In this document: positions 54,473 through 63,020 of the stretch, piece by piece | Layout: every line of letters begins with the position of its first letter | Numbering within the stretch: position 1 is the stretch's first letter | Sequence record: MK962756 | DNA length: 64,000 nt | Strand: one strand, 5' to 3' | Source of the DNA: Shigella phage JK42 | Program-made: the position numbers and the translations under genes | The notes under the pieces: model-generated | Told to the model about the DNA's origin: nothing | The model's input: the letters and a program-made list of their open reading frames with translations, nothing else | Database searches by the model: none

Positions 54473-55474
54473 TTATTTCAGTAAAGTTACTTCAGAGATT
54501 TCCTCCCAACCATCTTTATCAGTTGAAATAAAATCTGCTACATAAAGAGCCGTACGTAATGATACATTGCGAAGACGAGATACGTTAGCCTTCATCCAGG
54601 ACAATGCTTTATACGTTTCTGCATCCGTCAGACCACGTTTCTGCATCATGTCAGTAGATAATATTACATCTTCAACTCGAACCATAATCTCTTCATTAGA
54701 GTGTACTCCAAGGTCGAGATACACTGAACGAGATACTAAAGCTTGAAGATGTGGAGCAAGTTTCGAACCCCGTTCTAACTCTTTATCGATATCAACGTTT
54801 GTAATGAAAACGATAGTACCTTCAAACTCAAATTCTTTATCAATACCCTTATCCTCGAGATAAGATGACGCAGTGCTCCAACAAACTTTGCGTTTATCTC
54901 CGGTATCTAATGCTGCTTTAAGAAGGTTCAGGATGTCCATATCTGAGAATACGTCAACGTCATCGATTAAGAGAACGCTGTCTGCATCACGGTTGAGCCA
55001 AAGTTGTTCGTAAAGGCCAATACCAGAGATTTTACCATTAATGCTTTTGTATTTGATGAAACCATTATCATTAGCATTATTAAGTGCTTTATCCAGAGAA
55101 TACGTCTTACCAATACCAGCTGCACCTGAAATAATGAGTGAACGAATTTTGCCATCGATAATACCATTCGTCATCATGTTCATTACTTTAAAGCGTTTGT
55201 TGATACGGGTTTTCATATCTTCAGTGCTTTCAACAACTGCAACTGGTGATGTCTCAACTCCTTCCGTTACGATGTCTGATTTGAAGACCCATACTCCACG
55301 TTCAGAACCATCAATAATAACGAAAATTTTACCATCACCTAAGTGGGAACATTCAGGATTAAGCTTTGCCGGGAACCATGTCTTTGTGGCAACATAAGAA
55401 CCAGAGATTTCGTTATTACGATAGATACCTTTTTTGATTTGAACGTTGAACATTTTATTCTCCAATTTACTCAT
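54473..55474 (-). CDS. P-loop ATPase (AAA-like)
   Basis: 333 aa; Walker A GAAGIGKT, Walker B-like VLLIDDVD. Confidence 0.55.
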   Translation of the reverse strand: MSKLENKMFNVQIKKGIYRNNEISGSYVATKTWFPAKLNPECSHLGDGKIFVIIDGSERGVWVFKSDIVTEGVETSPVAVVESTEDMKTRINKRFKVMNMMTNGIIDGKIRSLIISGAAGIGKTYSLDKALNNANDNGFIKYKSINGKISGIGLYEQLWLNRDADSVLLIDDVDVFSDMDILNLLKAALDTGDKRKVCWSTASSYLEDKGIDKEFEFEGTIVFITNVDIDKELERGSKLAPHLQALVSRSVYLDLGVHSNEEIMVRVEDVILSTDMMQKRGLTDAETYKALSWMKANVSRLRNVSLRTALYVADFISTDKDGWEEISEVTLLK

Positions 55475-55552
55475 TTCGTTTCGATAGGTCTATAATAACA
55501 TATCCTAAAAGCATGTACACTACTTTTTTTAAAAATATTTTAACCCCCTAAA

Positions 55553-55568
55553 GGGACCCGAAGGTCCC
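55553..55568 (-). terminator. hairpin GGGACC-CGAA-GGTCCC
   Basis: 6-bp GC-rich stem 6 nt past the stop of 55574..55840; weak U tract. Confidence 0.4.
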
Positions 55569-55573
55569 CGCAT

Positions 55574-55840
55574 TTACTTATCGCACTTAGCAACATAATT
55601 AGGCATATCACAGAATACGGAGCGAGTAACTATTCGTCCCTTTGACCATGCTTCAGTTGCTTGTCCGGCCGTGCTATTAATATAGCTTGATTTGATATTC
55701 TCAATACCCTGAGAATGTGATGCATTTACCGAACCGTTGGAAGGCCCAGAAGACTGGTTACCACCAGCTCCTGTACCTGTGGTAGCACCAACAGAGAATG
55801 CCATCATTACTGCGAATAAACCAATTACTAATTTTTTCAT
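55574..55840 (-). CDS. secreted small protein (signal peptide)
   Basis: 88 aa; N-terminal MKKLVIGLFAVMMAFSVGA; TATAAATA late motif ~33 nt upstream. Confidence 0.5.
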   Translation of the reverse strand: MKKLVIGLFAVMMAFSVGATTGTGAGGNQSSGPSNGSVNASHSQGIENIKSSYINSTAGQATEAWSKGRIVTRSVFCDMPNYVAKCDK

Positions 55841-55871
55841 ATTTACCTCAAGTTAAGAGTTATTTATCTAC

Positions 55872-56861
55872 TTATTTATAGTAAGAATTATGATTTTCGA
55901 GATAGACTTGCTCAAGGAAATCATCCCAGAAACTCATATCTACTTTTTGTTGCATACCGTTCTTAGCGGCTTGTTCTGACGCATGTTCAACTTGGTCAAC
56001 GATATCTTCTAGGAATTCTTGTACAGTTTTAAACGTATGTTTACCAAGCTTAACATCGAGAATAAATGGAGCATCCTGAAGTGGGTAAACCAGGTCGCCG
56101 GTTTTGTAAATTTCCAATAATTGAAGTCCACCACGACATGCATGACTCAATGCTTTCCAGTCAATACCTTCGTTGGCTTCTGCCTTACGAGCACGTTCGC
56201 CATAGTTCTCTTCCAGTTTAACCAGGATGGCATTGAACTCTTTATTGGTTAACGTATCTTGGAATTTACGGTCTAACAGATTATAGAATGTTTGCTTACC
56301 TGTTTTCTCGTTTTCGGTTTCAACCCACGAAGCAAATTCACCTACGGGCAGAACATTCTTCATATGTGATAAACGAATTACTGCACCATTATCAAAGTAT
56401 TGTCCCCATTCATTAGAACGTTTAAGGGCTTGACGAAGAACAGCCAGTCGAGAACCCTTAACACCGTATTTAGAAGCTTGCTTACGGACATACCCTAAAT
56501 AAGATTTCATGTTAGTGGTATAGAAACGAGACCTGTTATCTTGAATATACTTCCATACATCAGGCAAATCAGATTTAACTACTAGACTTTGTGGAGTGTG
56601 AAGCATATCTAATGCGACGGTTTCACCATCCGCAGCTAGTTTAAAGAAATATTTGAGACTATACAACTCATGGTCCACGTCGTCTTTTGTGTTCTTAGAA
56701 GATGTGTTATTCGTGTTCTTGCTCATGTGTTCTTTAACGTTACCGGTCAAGATATCACGAGCATGAGGGACATAAATTTCTTTAAAATCGACATCAGATT
56801 CAGGAGTAGACGTTCCATAAAGGTGGCTACCAAAGTAGCCTTTCATAATTGTTTTCATCAT
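55872..56861 (-). CDS. polymerase-beta-type nucleotidyltransferase-fold protein
   Basis: 329 aa; N-terminal ...GYFGSHLYGTSTPESDVDF... fits the GS-x9-13-DxD minimal NTase motif; helical C-terminal domain. Confidence 0.5.
   Translation of the reverse strand: MMKTIMKGYFGSHLYGTSTPESDVDFKEIYVPHARDILTGNVKEHMSKNTNNTSSKNTKDDVDHELYSLKYFFKLAADGETVALDMLHTPQSLVVKSDLPDVWKYIQDNRSRFYTTNMKSYLGYVRKQASKYGVKGSRLAVLRQALKRSNEWGQYFDNGAVIRLSHMKNVLPVGEFASWVETENEKTGKQTFYNLLDRKFQDTLTNKEFNAILVKLEENYGERARKAEANEGIDWKALSHACRGGLQLLEIYKTGDLVYPLQDAPFILDVKLGKHTFKTVQEFLEDIVDQVEHASEQAAKNGMQQKVDMSFWDDFLEQVYLENHNSYYK
55873..55880 (-). promoter_or_regulatory. late promoter motif TATAAATA
   Basis: Plus-strand tatttata upstream of the secreted-protein gene. 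Confidence 0.4.
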
Positions 56862-57331
56862 TTAGCCTTATATTCAAGAGTAGGACAGACTTTTTCTTTA
56901 CGAGCTTTAAGGTATTCACCTATTAATGATTTCTTACGTTCAATAGGCTCAAGTCCATTTTTAATTCGTTCTTGGTTTTGCGCAATGAGCTCAATTTCTT
57001 TATAATATTTTCTGTCGTTATATTTGTCTAACAGCCAAGACGGACCAATTACTAACCCTGTAGCAATAAAAGCCATGACTGCTACAATTAAAATGCCTAC
57101 ACCAATTGAGGCCGGAACTAATGTCCATAGACTGCTAAAAACAAAGAATTTAGTTAAAATTTCCTGGCCAATAATTGTGACTGCTGCTAAAATCGCAAAT
57201 CCAATAATTGAAACAGCCAATACCGGGATTAACGTTTTCCAAAAATAAGCACACAACGTTTTCGGGCGATTCCATGTACTATTGAACGCGGCATAAATTT
57301 TAAAGTGCCAAGAGTTTTCATTGATAATCAT
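56858..57331 (-). CDS. membrane protein (multiple TM segments)
   Basis: 157 aa with several long hydrophobic stretches. Confidence 0.5.
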   Translation of the reverse strand: MIINENSWHFKIYAAFNSTWNRPKTLCAYFWKTLIPVLAVSIIGFAILAAVTIIGQEILTKFFVFSSLWTLVPASIGVGILIVAVMAFIATGLVIGPSWLLDKYNDRKYYKEIELIAQNQERIKNGLEPIERKKSLIGEYLKARKEKVCPTLEYKAK

Positions 57332-57340
57332 AATAATTCC

Positions 57341-57871
57341 TTATTTCAAAGTTGGGATAATAGAATCGAGATAAGCTTTAAGAGCAACTGCTTCATCTTT
57401 GTCTAATGTAATGATATGCTGACGAAGGTCATCAATTTGGCGAATAACTACGACATCACCGTCTTCATAAGAAGGATTAACGCCTAGGACTGTTGTATAG
57501 TCAGGGCGGTCCTGATTTGTAATAAAAGCATTACGGCATTTAGCCCATTGAAGTTTGGCCTTTTTGGCAGTTTCAGATTCTATGAATTCTTTCACCTTAG
57601 TGACGAATGTTTTCCAATTATTGATAGAAAGGCATTCATCTTCTGTTTCGATATTAACCCCACTATAAAGACCGTGATAAAAACGAACTTGAAGGTCTTC
57701 ATCAATGTTAATTACAGATGCATGGCCGGGCGGATTGAGTTTCAAAATCTTGTCCAGTTCCATAGGAAGAATAGTAACAGCATCATCTTCTTGTGTCAGA
57801 ACGTAAGCATAACCACGTTTTTCGATACATAAATCGCCAAACAACTCGGTTGTTTCAATTACAGTTTTCAT
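57341..57871 (-). CDS. hypothetical protein
   Basis: ORF-track 57341..57883 trimmed to the first ATG (the track start is TTG). Confidence 0.5.
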   Translation of the reverse strand: MKTVIETTELFGDLCIEKRGYAYVLTQEDDAVTILPMELDKILKLNPPGHASVINIDEDLQVRFYHGLYSGVNIETEDECLSINNWKTFVTKVKEFIESETAKKAKLQWAKCRNAFITNQDRPDYTTVLGVNPSYEDGDVVVIRQIDDLRQHIITLDKDEAVALKAYLDSIIPTLK

Positions 57872-57872
57872 A

Positions 57873-58052
57873 TTATTCACCAATTAAAGTTTCAACAAAA
57901 TTCACCAAAGCATTCTGGCAAGCGTCAACCTGATTTTCATAAAAATCTCCGTTATCATTTACCGCATGATAAGCTACATCATTCAAATCTGAATCAGCTT
58001 CACGTAAGTCACGGATAAGGTCCATCAATTTATTAGCTTGTTCACGGGTCAT
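57873..58052 (-). CDS. small hypothetical acidic protein
   Basis: Hand translation: MTREQANKLMDLIRDLREADSDLNDVAYHAVNDNGDFYENQVDACQNALVNFVETLIGE (59 aa); coupled to the upstream small ORF by ATGA. Confidence 0.3.
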   Translation of the reverse strand: MTREQANKLMDLIRDLREADSDLNDVAYHAVNDNGDFYENQVDACQNALVNFVETLIGE

Positions 58053-58159
58053 TTTACCATACTCGTTTCAATAAGATTCACTATGCCGTTTACCATGTTA
58101 TAAGTAAACATCGGATAATTGTATTGTACTACAACATAAGCGATAAGCAAAAGTTTCAT
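58049..58159 (-). CDS. small hydrophobic peptide
   Basis: Hand translation: MKLLLIAYVVVQYNYPMFTYNMVNGIVNLIETSMVK (36 aa); GGAGA 5 nt upstream; early promoter at ~58171-58210. Confidence 0.3.
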   Translation of the reverse strand: MKLLLIAYVVVQYNYPMFTYNMVNGIVNLIETSMVK

Positions 58160-58216
58160 TTTGTTCTCCGTTTGTTTTGATAGGACTACTATAACATAGT
58201 CCTACCAAGATGTAAA

Positions 58217-58450
58217 CTACCGATTGTGTTTTAAATGTTGATAAAGTTCTTCAACTTGTTTAGGGTCCAAAACAATTAAGTCATTTTCTTGACGAAGATA
58301 AATCCATCCCTTATCCCCAGGGCCATTTTTACAAAACATCACCACCATATCATCATCTTCAGCGCTTTCAGGTAAAAGTTCAAGTACACCGTCTTCAGAT
58401 TTTCCAGTATAATCGTAAAGCATAATATCCTCACATAATCTCGTTAACAT
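58217..58450 (-). CDS. hypothetical small protein
   Basis: 77-aa ORF. Confidence 0.4.
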   Translation of the reverse strand: MLTRLCEDIMLYDYTGKSEDGVLELLPESAEDDDMVVMFCKNGPGDKGWIYLRQENDLIVLDPKQVEELYQHLKHNR

Positions 58451-58679
58451 ACATTTGCAATTCGGTGTGGGCTTCGGCCATCTTTTTCATAGCTCTGTTA
58501 ATGTCGATGTCTCCATCTTCGCAACCATGAGCATTTTCCCAATCAGATACCGCATTAGCGTACTCTTCAATCAAAAACATTAACTTAGAAATTTTTTCTT
58601 TACGTGACATAACGTTCTCCTCTAGTAAGTAAGGTTTACTATAACACAACCTGAGGAGAAGTAAACTGATAGATGCCAA
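58431..58679 (-). CDS. hypothetical small protein
   Basis: 82-aa ORF; early promoter at ~58631-58669. Confidence 0.4.
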   Translation of the reverse strand: MASISLLLLRLCYSKPYLLEENVMSRKEKISKLMFLIEEYANAVSDWENAHGCEDGDIDINRAMKKMAEAHTELQMYVNEIM

Positions 58680-58680
58680 A

Positions 58681-58704
58681 AAGCCCCGACCTTTCGGAAG
58701 GGGC
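58681..58704 (-). terminator. intrinsic terminator AGCCCC-(12-nt loop)-GGGGCT plus U5
   Basis: 6-bp GC stem; minus strand continues UUUUUGG; immediately after the stop of 58704..59015. Confidence 0.55.
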
Positions 58705-59015
58705 TAGTAAATTAGATAGATGTAGGCTCTAATTTTATTTTCATGAACTCGGCAAATTGTCTGGCAGTTTTTAATGCCTTGTTCATGACATTCAAATGCA
58801 TCATCACAGGGACTATTTTTGTAATGCTTTGCCATATACTTATAGAATTTTTCAGAATTCTCGACATTTTGAATTTCAAACAAAGTATATACGTTTTTAA
58901 TCCCTGATTCCATAAAGTTATCAAAATATGGGTCAATATGCGCAGTACCAACGATAGGAGTTGTTGCTGCAAAAAACCCCAGCATCGCTATGACAGCTAT
59001 CGCTCTTAAGGCCAT
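58704..59015 (-). CDS. secreted Cys-containing small protein
   Basis: 103 aa; signal peptide MALRAIAVIAMLGFFAATTPIVGTA; four Cys in the mature part. Confidence 0.5.
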   Translation of the reverse strand: MALRAIAVIAMLGFFAATTPIVGTAHIDPYFDNFMESGIKNVYTLFEIQNVENSEKFYKYMAKHYKNSPCDDAFECHEQGIKNCQTICRVHENKIRAYIYLIY

Positions 59016-59027
59016 ATAGGCCTCCTG

Positions 59028-59240
59028 TTAATTTTGGCCAGTATTTATTTTTCGCCTTTGGACGGCCTTAACATCTGCGAGGTATTTTTCCAGCTTGCGC
59101 TTGCGTGTATAATCAGCTTTAGAACCAGTTTGACGGATATCCTCGTTTAAATGAGAAATAGAATGTCCTAATTCTCTTCGGATTTCATCTAATTGGGTTA
59201 CAGTAAGATTACGAAGTTGTCTTTCGTTTAATTGCTGCAT
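59028..59240 (-). CDS. hypothetical small basic protein
   Basis: 70-aa ORF; TATAAATA late motif at 59265-59272. Confidence 0.45.
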   Translation of the reverse strand: MQQLNERQLRNLTVTQLDEIRRELGHSISHLNEDIRQTGSKADYTRKRKLEKYLADVKAVQRRKINTGQN

Positions 59241-59264
59241 ATATACCTCTTGGTTAGATATTAG

Positions 59265-59272
59265 TATTTATA
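59265..59272 (-). promoter_or_regulatory. late promoter motif TATAAATA
   Basis: Plus-strand tatttata ~25 nt upstream of the 59240 start; overlaps the tk stop. Confidence 0.4.
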
Positions 59273-59849
59273 ACAACCCTGTCAAATCATTCCAATGCTT
59301 CCGGCATAATGACACATATCTATCGGTATCACCAATTTCAATTTGACTGCCATCTGTAATTGGAAGTCCGTCTTCCGTGACTCTAGCTACCATTGTGGCC
59401 TTTTTACCACAATGACAGACACCTTTAAGTTCAACAAGCTTATCGGCAATAGCCATTAATGCTTGAGAACCTTCAAATAGATTACCTTTAAAATCTGTTC
59501 GTAGTCCATATGCCATTACCGGCACATTGTACACGTCAACAATACGACTAAGTTGATACACCTTTTCAGTAGTTAAGAACTGAGCTTCGTCAACAAATAC
59601 ACAATGAATATCCTTTTGTGCTGCAGCCCATTTATAAAATTCAAAGATATCCATGTCTTTTGTAATTATATTGGCATCCTGACGAATACCAATACGAGAG
59701 ACTATTTCACCTTTTGAATCGCGAGTATCAATAGCCGGTTTAAGAACTAATACACCCATGCCACGTTCTTTATAGTTATGTGCAGCAGTAAGTAATGAAG
59801 CAGACTTACCAGCGTTCATAGCGGCATAGGTAAAAATTAAACTAGCCAT
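59268..59849 (-). CDS. tk: thymidine kinase
   Basis: 193 aa; Walker A AAMNAGKS, zinc ribbon CHCGKKA...CRKHW; typical type II TK. Confidence 0.9.
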   Translation of the reverse strand: MASLIFTYAAMNAGKSASLLTAAHNYKERGMGVLVLKPAIDTRDSKGEIVSRIGIRQDANIITKDMDIFEFYKWAAAQKDIHCVFVDEAQFLTTEKVYQLSRIVDVYNVPVMAYGLRTDFKGNLFEGSQALMAIADKLVELKGVCHCGKKATMVARVTEDGLPITDGSQIEIGDTDRYVSLCRKHWNDLTGLL

Positions 59850-59858
59850 AAGAGTCCC

Positions 59859-60041
59859 TTATAGTGAATTCACATAGTCAATGAGTTCTTGTTCTTTCCT
59901 GTCAAATGATTCCAACAATGCTTGATATTCTTCGTCCGTCAAAGGAGCATATTCATCGTACGCATTGGTGGCTGCTTGCTCATCCAATAGGTCATGGATA
60001 AGTTCGAACAGTTTAGTTTTCTCTTCTTTAGTCAATTTCAT
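59859..60041 (-). CDS. hypothetical small acidic protein
   Basis: 60-aa ORF. Confidence 0.4.
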   Translation of the reverse strand: MKLTKEEKTKLFELIHDLLDEQAATNAYDEYAPLTDEEYQALLESFDRKEQELIDYVNSL

Positions 60042-60265
60042 TTAGGTTCACCTTCTTTAACGAAATCTGGGTAAGGGTAAAATCCTGAGTAAAACCCTTC
60101 ACCTTTATGATTGCTACAACCTTTGTTCGAACAGTAACACCAATAATCAAAATCACAAGCCATTTCGTCATTGCATAAAGCAAAAACTACAGGCCATTCG
60201 CATTTTTCGCATTTAGCACCTGTAAGAATTTTTGTTTGACTCATAGCCATGTCACCTTTAAGCAA
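60038..60265 (-). CDS. small Cys-rich (zinc-binding?) protein
   Basis: 75 aa; CEKCEW...C...C...CYC...C cluster. Confidence 0.4.
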   Translation of the reverse strand: MLKGDMAMSQTKILTGAKCEKCEWPVVFALCNDEMACDFDYWCYCSNKGCSNHKGEGFYSGFYPYPDFVKEGEPK

Positions 60266-60468
60266 TATTCTTCTACATGTTGTTTACGGCCTTTCTTATC
60301 AATAAAGGTATATTCAACGAATGTTCCGATGTAGTCTTTATCTACATCATGTGGACTATTAATTGGACATTTAGTACGACAAATGCGTTCCCATTGACGA
60401 ATAATTACTGCCTTATTCTTTGGATCGTATGGATGTGGATAATGTATATTCATAATAACGGTTCCCAA
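60241..60468 (-). CDS. hypothetical small protein
   Basis: 75-aa ORF. Confidence 0.4.
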   Translation of the reverse strand: MGTVIMNIHYPHPYDPKNKAVIIRQWERICRTKCPINSPHDVDKDYIGTFVEYTFIDKKGRKQHVEEYCLKVTWL

Positions 60469-60947
60469 TCAACAATCACAATTTCTAGTTTAGTAGAATA
60501 CGTATCTAAAATCTCTTCGATGACATCCCAGTTTCCACCACCAATACCTGCACCAATTCTTGGCATATAAATTACAGGCTTTATTATCTTATTCTTTCCG
60601 AATTCATTTAATTCTATTATACAATTCATTAAAGCAGAGTACTCAAAATTAGGTCCCGGCTCAAACTGTGTATAAAGATTAAAGCAATAAGCTTTATGGG
60701 TCTTAAAATATTTTTCATAAACCGAATAAGTCCCGAGTTTAGACTTGTCTCCGAATTCGGTTTGAAGTTTATCGGCTTCTAAAATTTTTGGATAAGCCTT
60801 TGCTAATTGGCCTGCTACACCGGCGCCCATTGTATGAAAACAATTACACCCATGAGCAATATTATTACCTTTAGAAAACAGGGCGACAATATCGCCCTTG
60901 ATATAGTTTTTAATCACTTGCTGCAAGTCCTCTATTATAAGAGTCAA
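60450..60947 (-). CDS. macro-domain protein (ADP-ribose binding/processing)
   Basis: 165 aa; NIAHGCNCFHTMGAGVAGQL fits the macrodomain N-x6-GGGVA-type motif; later IGAGIGGG glycine-rich loop. Confidence 0.65.
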   Translation of the reverse strand: MTLIIEDLQQVIKNYIKGDIVALFSKGNNIAHGCNCFHTMGAGVAGQLAKAYPKILEADKLQTEFGDKSKLGTYSVYEKYFKTHKAYCFNLYTQFEPGPNFEYSALMNCIIELNEFGKNKIIKPVIYMPRIGAGIGGGNWDVIEEILDTYSTKLEIVIVDWEPLL

Positions 60948-61257
60948 CTAGACGGTCCACCATAGAATTGCATGCTGCCTTATCTTTAGGTTCCGCCACC
61001 GAGCATTCTAATATTTGCCATTTTTTATAGTATCTTTTAATTAAGGTAGACGCCTTGAACCTACTAGACGCCCCGTCTTTTTCTCCGTCTTTATACGCAT
61101 ATAACAATTTTTGTGAAAAATCTACTTTACACTCTTGACTTTTACCACAGTAATCAGACGCCGTTCTGTTTGTATACTCCGTTACATCAGTATATGTAGT
61201 ATTAGCAAGAGCGTTAAATGAAACCAAGCCAACTATTAAAGCCAACATTTTGGTCAT
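60910..61257 (-). CDS. secreted Cys-containing protein
   Basis: 115 aa; signal peptide MTKMLALIVGLVSFNALA. Confidence 0.45.
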   Translation of the reverse strand: MTKMLALIVGLVSFNALANTTYTDVTEYTNRTASDYCGKSQECKVDFSQKLLYAYKDGEKDGASSRFKASTLIKRYYKKWQILECSVAEPKDKAACNSMVDRLVDSYNRGLAASD

Positions 61258-61796
61258 TCTTTTATTTCCAGTAGTTTATTTGATTTAAGGTAATTAGCCT
61301 TTTCTAGGACTTCAGAAGCATATTTACTTCCGGCACTTGTCTTCCATCCCGCATTATATGAGGATATAGCTTTTCTTATATCCCCGTTATGTATATTTAA
61401 CCAATAAGAAAATTCGATATAAGCCCATCTGGCTGAATTAGACCGCTTAGATAGCATTTTCTTAATTTGGGCATCAGTCATATTATAACCAAGCTGGTTA
61501 ATTCTTGCCCTCATTGTCGGTAGATAATTTTGGAACATTCCATACGCATGGTGACCTTTCTTATCTTTAAGATTAATACCGGCAGATGATTCCTGCCATA
61601 GTATTGCGGCCATTATGTATCCAAGTCCTTTCTTATGCATATTTTCATGCGTTTTAAATTTTCCATCCTTAGAAAACTGTTCCCCAAACTGATAAGCATA
61701 ATTCAAGTTATCGAGTTGGACATTACTAAAAGTATGCTCGGAGCTATGTGCTGATAATGAAAGAGCAAATAGACCAGCGAGTAGTGCTTTTCTCAT
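61254..61796 (-). CDS. secreted lytic-transglycosylase-like protein
   Basis: 180 aa; signal peptide; ...IMAAILWQESS...AYGMFQ resembles the SLT-domain catalytic ES and GLMQ-type motifs. Confidence 0.5.
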   Translation of the reverse strand: MRKALLAGLFALSLSAHSSEHTFSNVQLDNLNYAYQFGEQFSKDGKFKTHENMHKKGLGYIMAAILWQESSAGINLKDKKGHHAYGMFQNYLPTMRARINQLGYNMTDAQIKKMLSKRSNSARWAYIEFSYWLNIHNGDIRKAISSYNAGWKTSAGSKYASEVLEKANYLKSNKLLEIKE

Positions 61797-61804
61797 GTTT
61801 ACCT

Positions 61805-62263
61805 CTAGATTTTAATCACTGCTTTAGAAGCTTTTCCTGGTAGTCGTTTGTTGTTAATAATAGCCATTCTGCATTGAAGAGTCTTCATTTTGAATGCCGG
61901 ATTTTCGCGACAAACTGTAAGTCCTAACCAAAGATTTCCATCAGTTATTTCTAAACGACCCGGGCGATATTCGACACCTTCGACAAAATCTTCATCAACA
62001 TCTGGACGTGCCGGCATTGATAAAAATTCTGCAACTTCTTTAACATGATTTTTTACTTTATGAAATAATTCAAAAACGTAATTCTCATCTATTTCTCTCT
62101 GGATGGCACGATCTAAGAGATGTTGAGAATACTTGATATGAAAGCCTGGTAGTCCAAGAGACTTTGCAGCATCTTTTATACCGGCATTTATTTTGCGGAA
62201 CTCCGTTTCAAAGATTCGACGGAGTTTATTACGGCGGATAAAAACGTCTGAATTGATAGTCAT
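61805..62263 (-). CDS. regB: RegB site-specific endoribonuclease
   Basis: 152 aa; MTINSDVFIRRNKLRR...HIKYSQHLLDRAIQREIDENYVFELFHK...RLEITDGNLWLG...QCRMAIIN..RLPGKASKAVIK matches remembered T4 RegB. Confidence 0.9.
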   Translation of the reverse strand: MTINSDVFIRRNKLRRIFETEFRKINAGIKDAAKSLGLPGFHIKYSQHLLDRAIQREIDENYVFELFHKVKNHVKEVAEFLSMPARPDVDEDFVEGVEYRPGRLEITDGNLWLGLTVCRENPAFKMKTLQCRMAIINNKRLPGKASKAVIKI

Positions 62264-62324
62264 TTTGATTTCTCCTCTAGTTGACAGGTCTATAGTAACA
62301 CAACTAGAGGAGAAGTAAACTACT

Positions 62325-62540
62325 TTATTGATAAAATGGAGTTAAAGCCCAAGATTCTTTAGATACCATATTGGCGAAATGCCTCATCTCTTCGATTTGG
62401 CGTCGACGCTGGTCAGCATAGTCTTCTTCGCCTTCTTCCTTACAATCTTCAAGGTCTTCTTCAAGATACTTTAAGTATTCACTACAAATTTTGTTGACCT
62501 TTTCTTGAAAGTCCAATAACCCAGTAATAGTAGAAGCCAT
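62325..62540 (-). CDS. hypothetical small acidic protein
   Basis: 71-aa ORF. Confidence 0.4.
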   Translation of the reverse strand: MASTITGLLDFQEKVNKICSEYLKYLEEDLEDCKEEGEEDYADQRRRQIEEMRHFANMVSKESWALTPFYQ

Positions 62541-62806
62541 TAGTATTTTTCCTCAGGTCGAAATACTGCACGACACGCCCACATGCTGGCTTCTTTTAGA
62601 TGTTGCTTAGCATACTTAAGAGCCTGCACTGCATCCATATCTTCTTTGGTTTGTTGCTCTGTTTCATTTTCTTTCAAGATATATGCTTCTTCAATCAGAG
62701 CATCAAACAACAATCCAAGACGGACTTCTGCATCTTTAATAGCGTTCACTTTACCGATTTTATCATCGGTATGCGGCTTGTAGCCTTTGATGTCTTCAAT
62801 CGACAT
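62540..62806 (-). CDS. hypothetical protein
   Basis: ORF-track 62540..62974 shortened to the internal ATG at 62806, which has GAGGA upstream. Confidence 0.4.
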   Translation of the reverse strand: MSIEDIKGYKPHTDDKIGKVNAIKDAEVRLGLLFDALIEEAYILKENETEQQTKEDMDAVQALKYAKQHLKEASMWACRAVFRPEEKY

Positions 62807-63020
62807 AAGGAATTTCCTCATCGGTGGCAAGGTCATATTCGACCAATTGGATAGGCTCATTAATACCATATCCACGTACAGTGATATCAGTTGTCGGATA
62901 GTTTCCAGTAATATCACCCATTCTAAATGATTCAATGAATGATTGCTCGCCTGAGCAACTAAACCAGGCGGCAAAACATTTTAAAACATCTTCAGACCCT
63001 TCTATAATCAATTTAGCCAT
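62796..63020 (-). CDS. hypothetical small acidic protein
   Basis: 74-aa ORF. Confidence 0.4.
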   Translation of the reverse strand: MAKLIIEGSEDVLKCFAAWFSCSGEQSFIESFRMGDITGNYPTTDITVRGYGINEPIQLVEYDLATDEEIPYVD

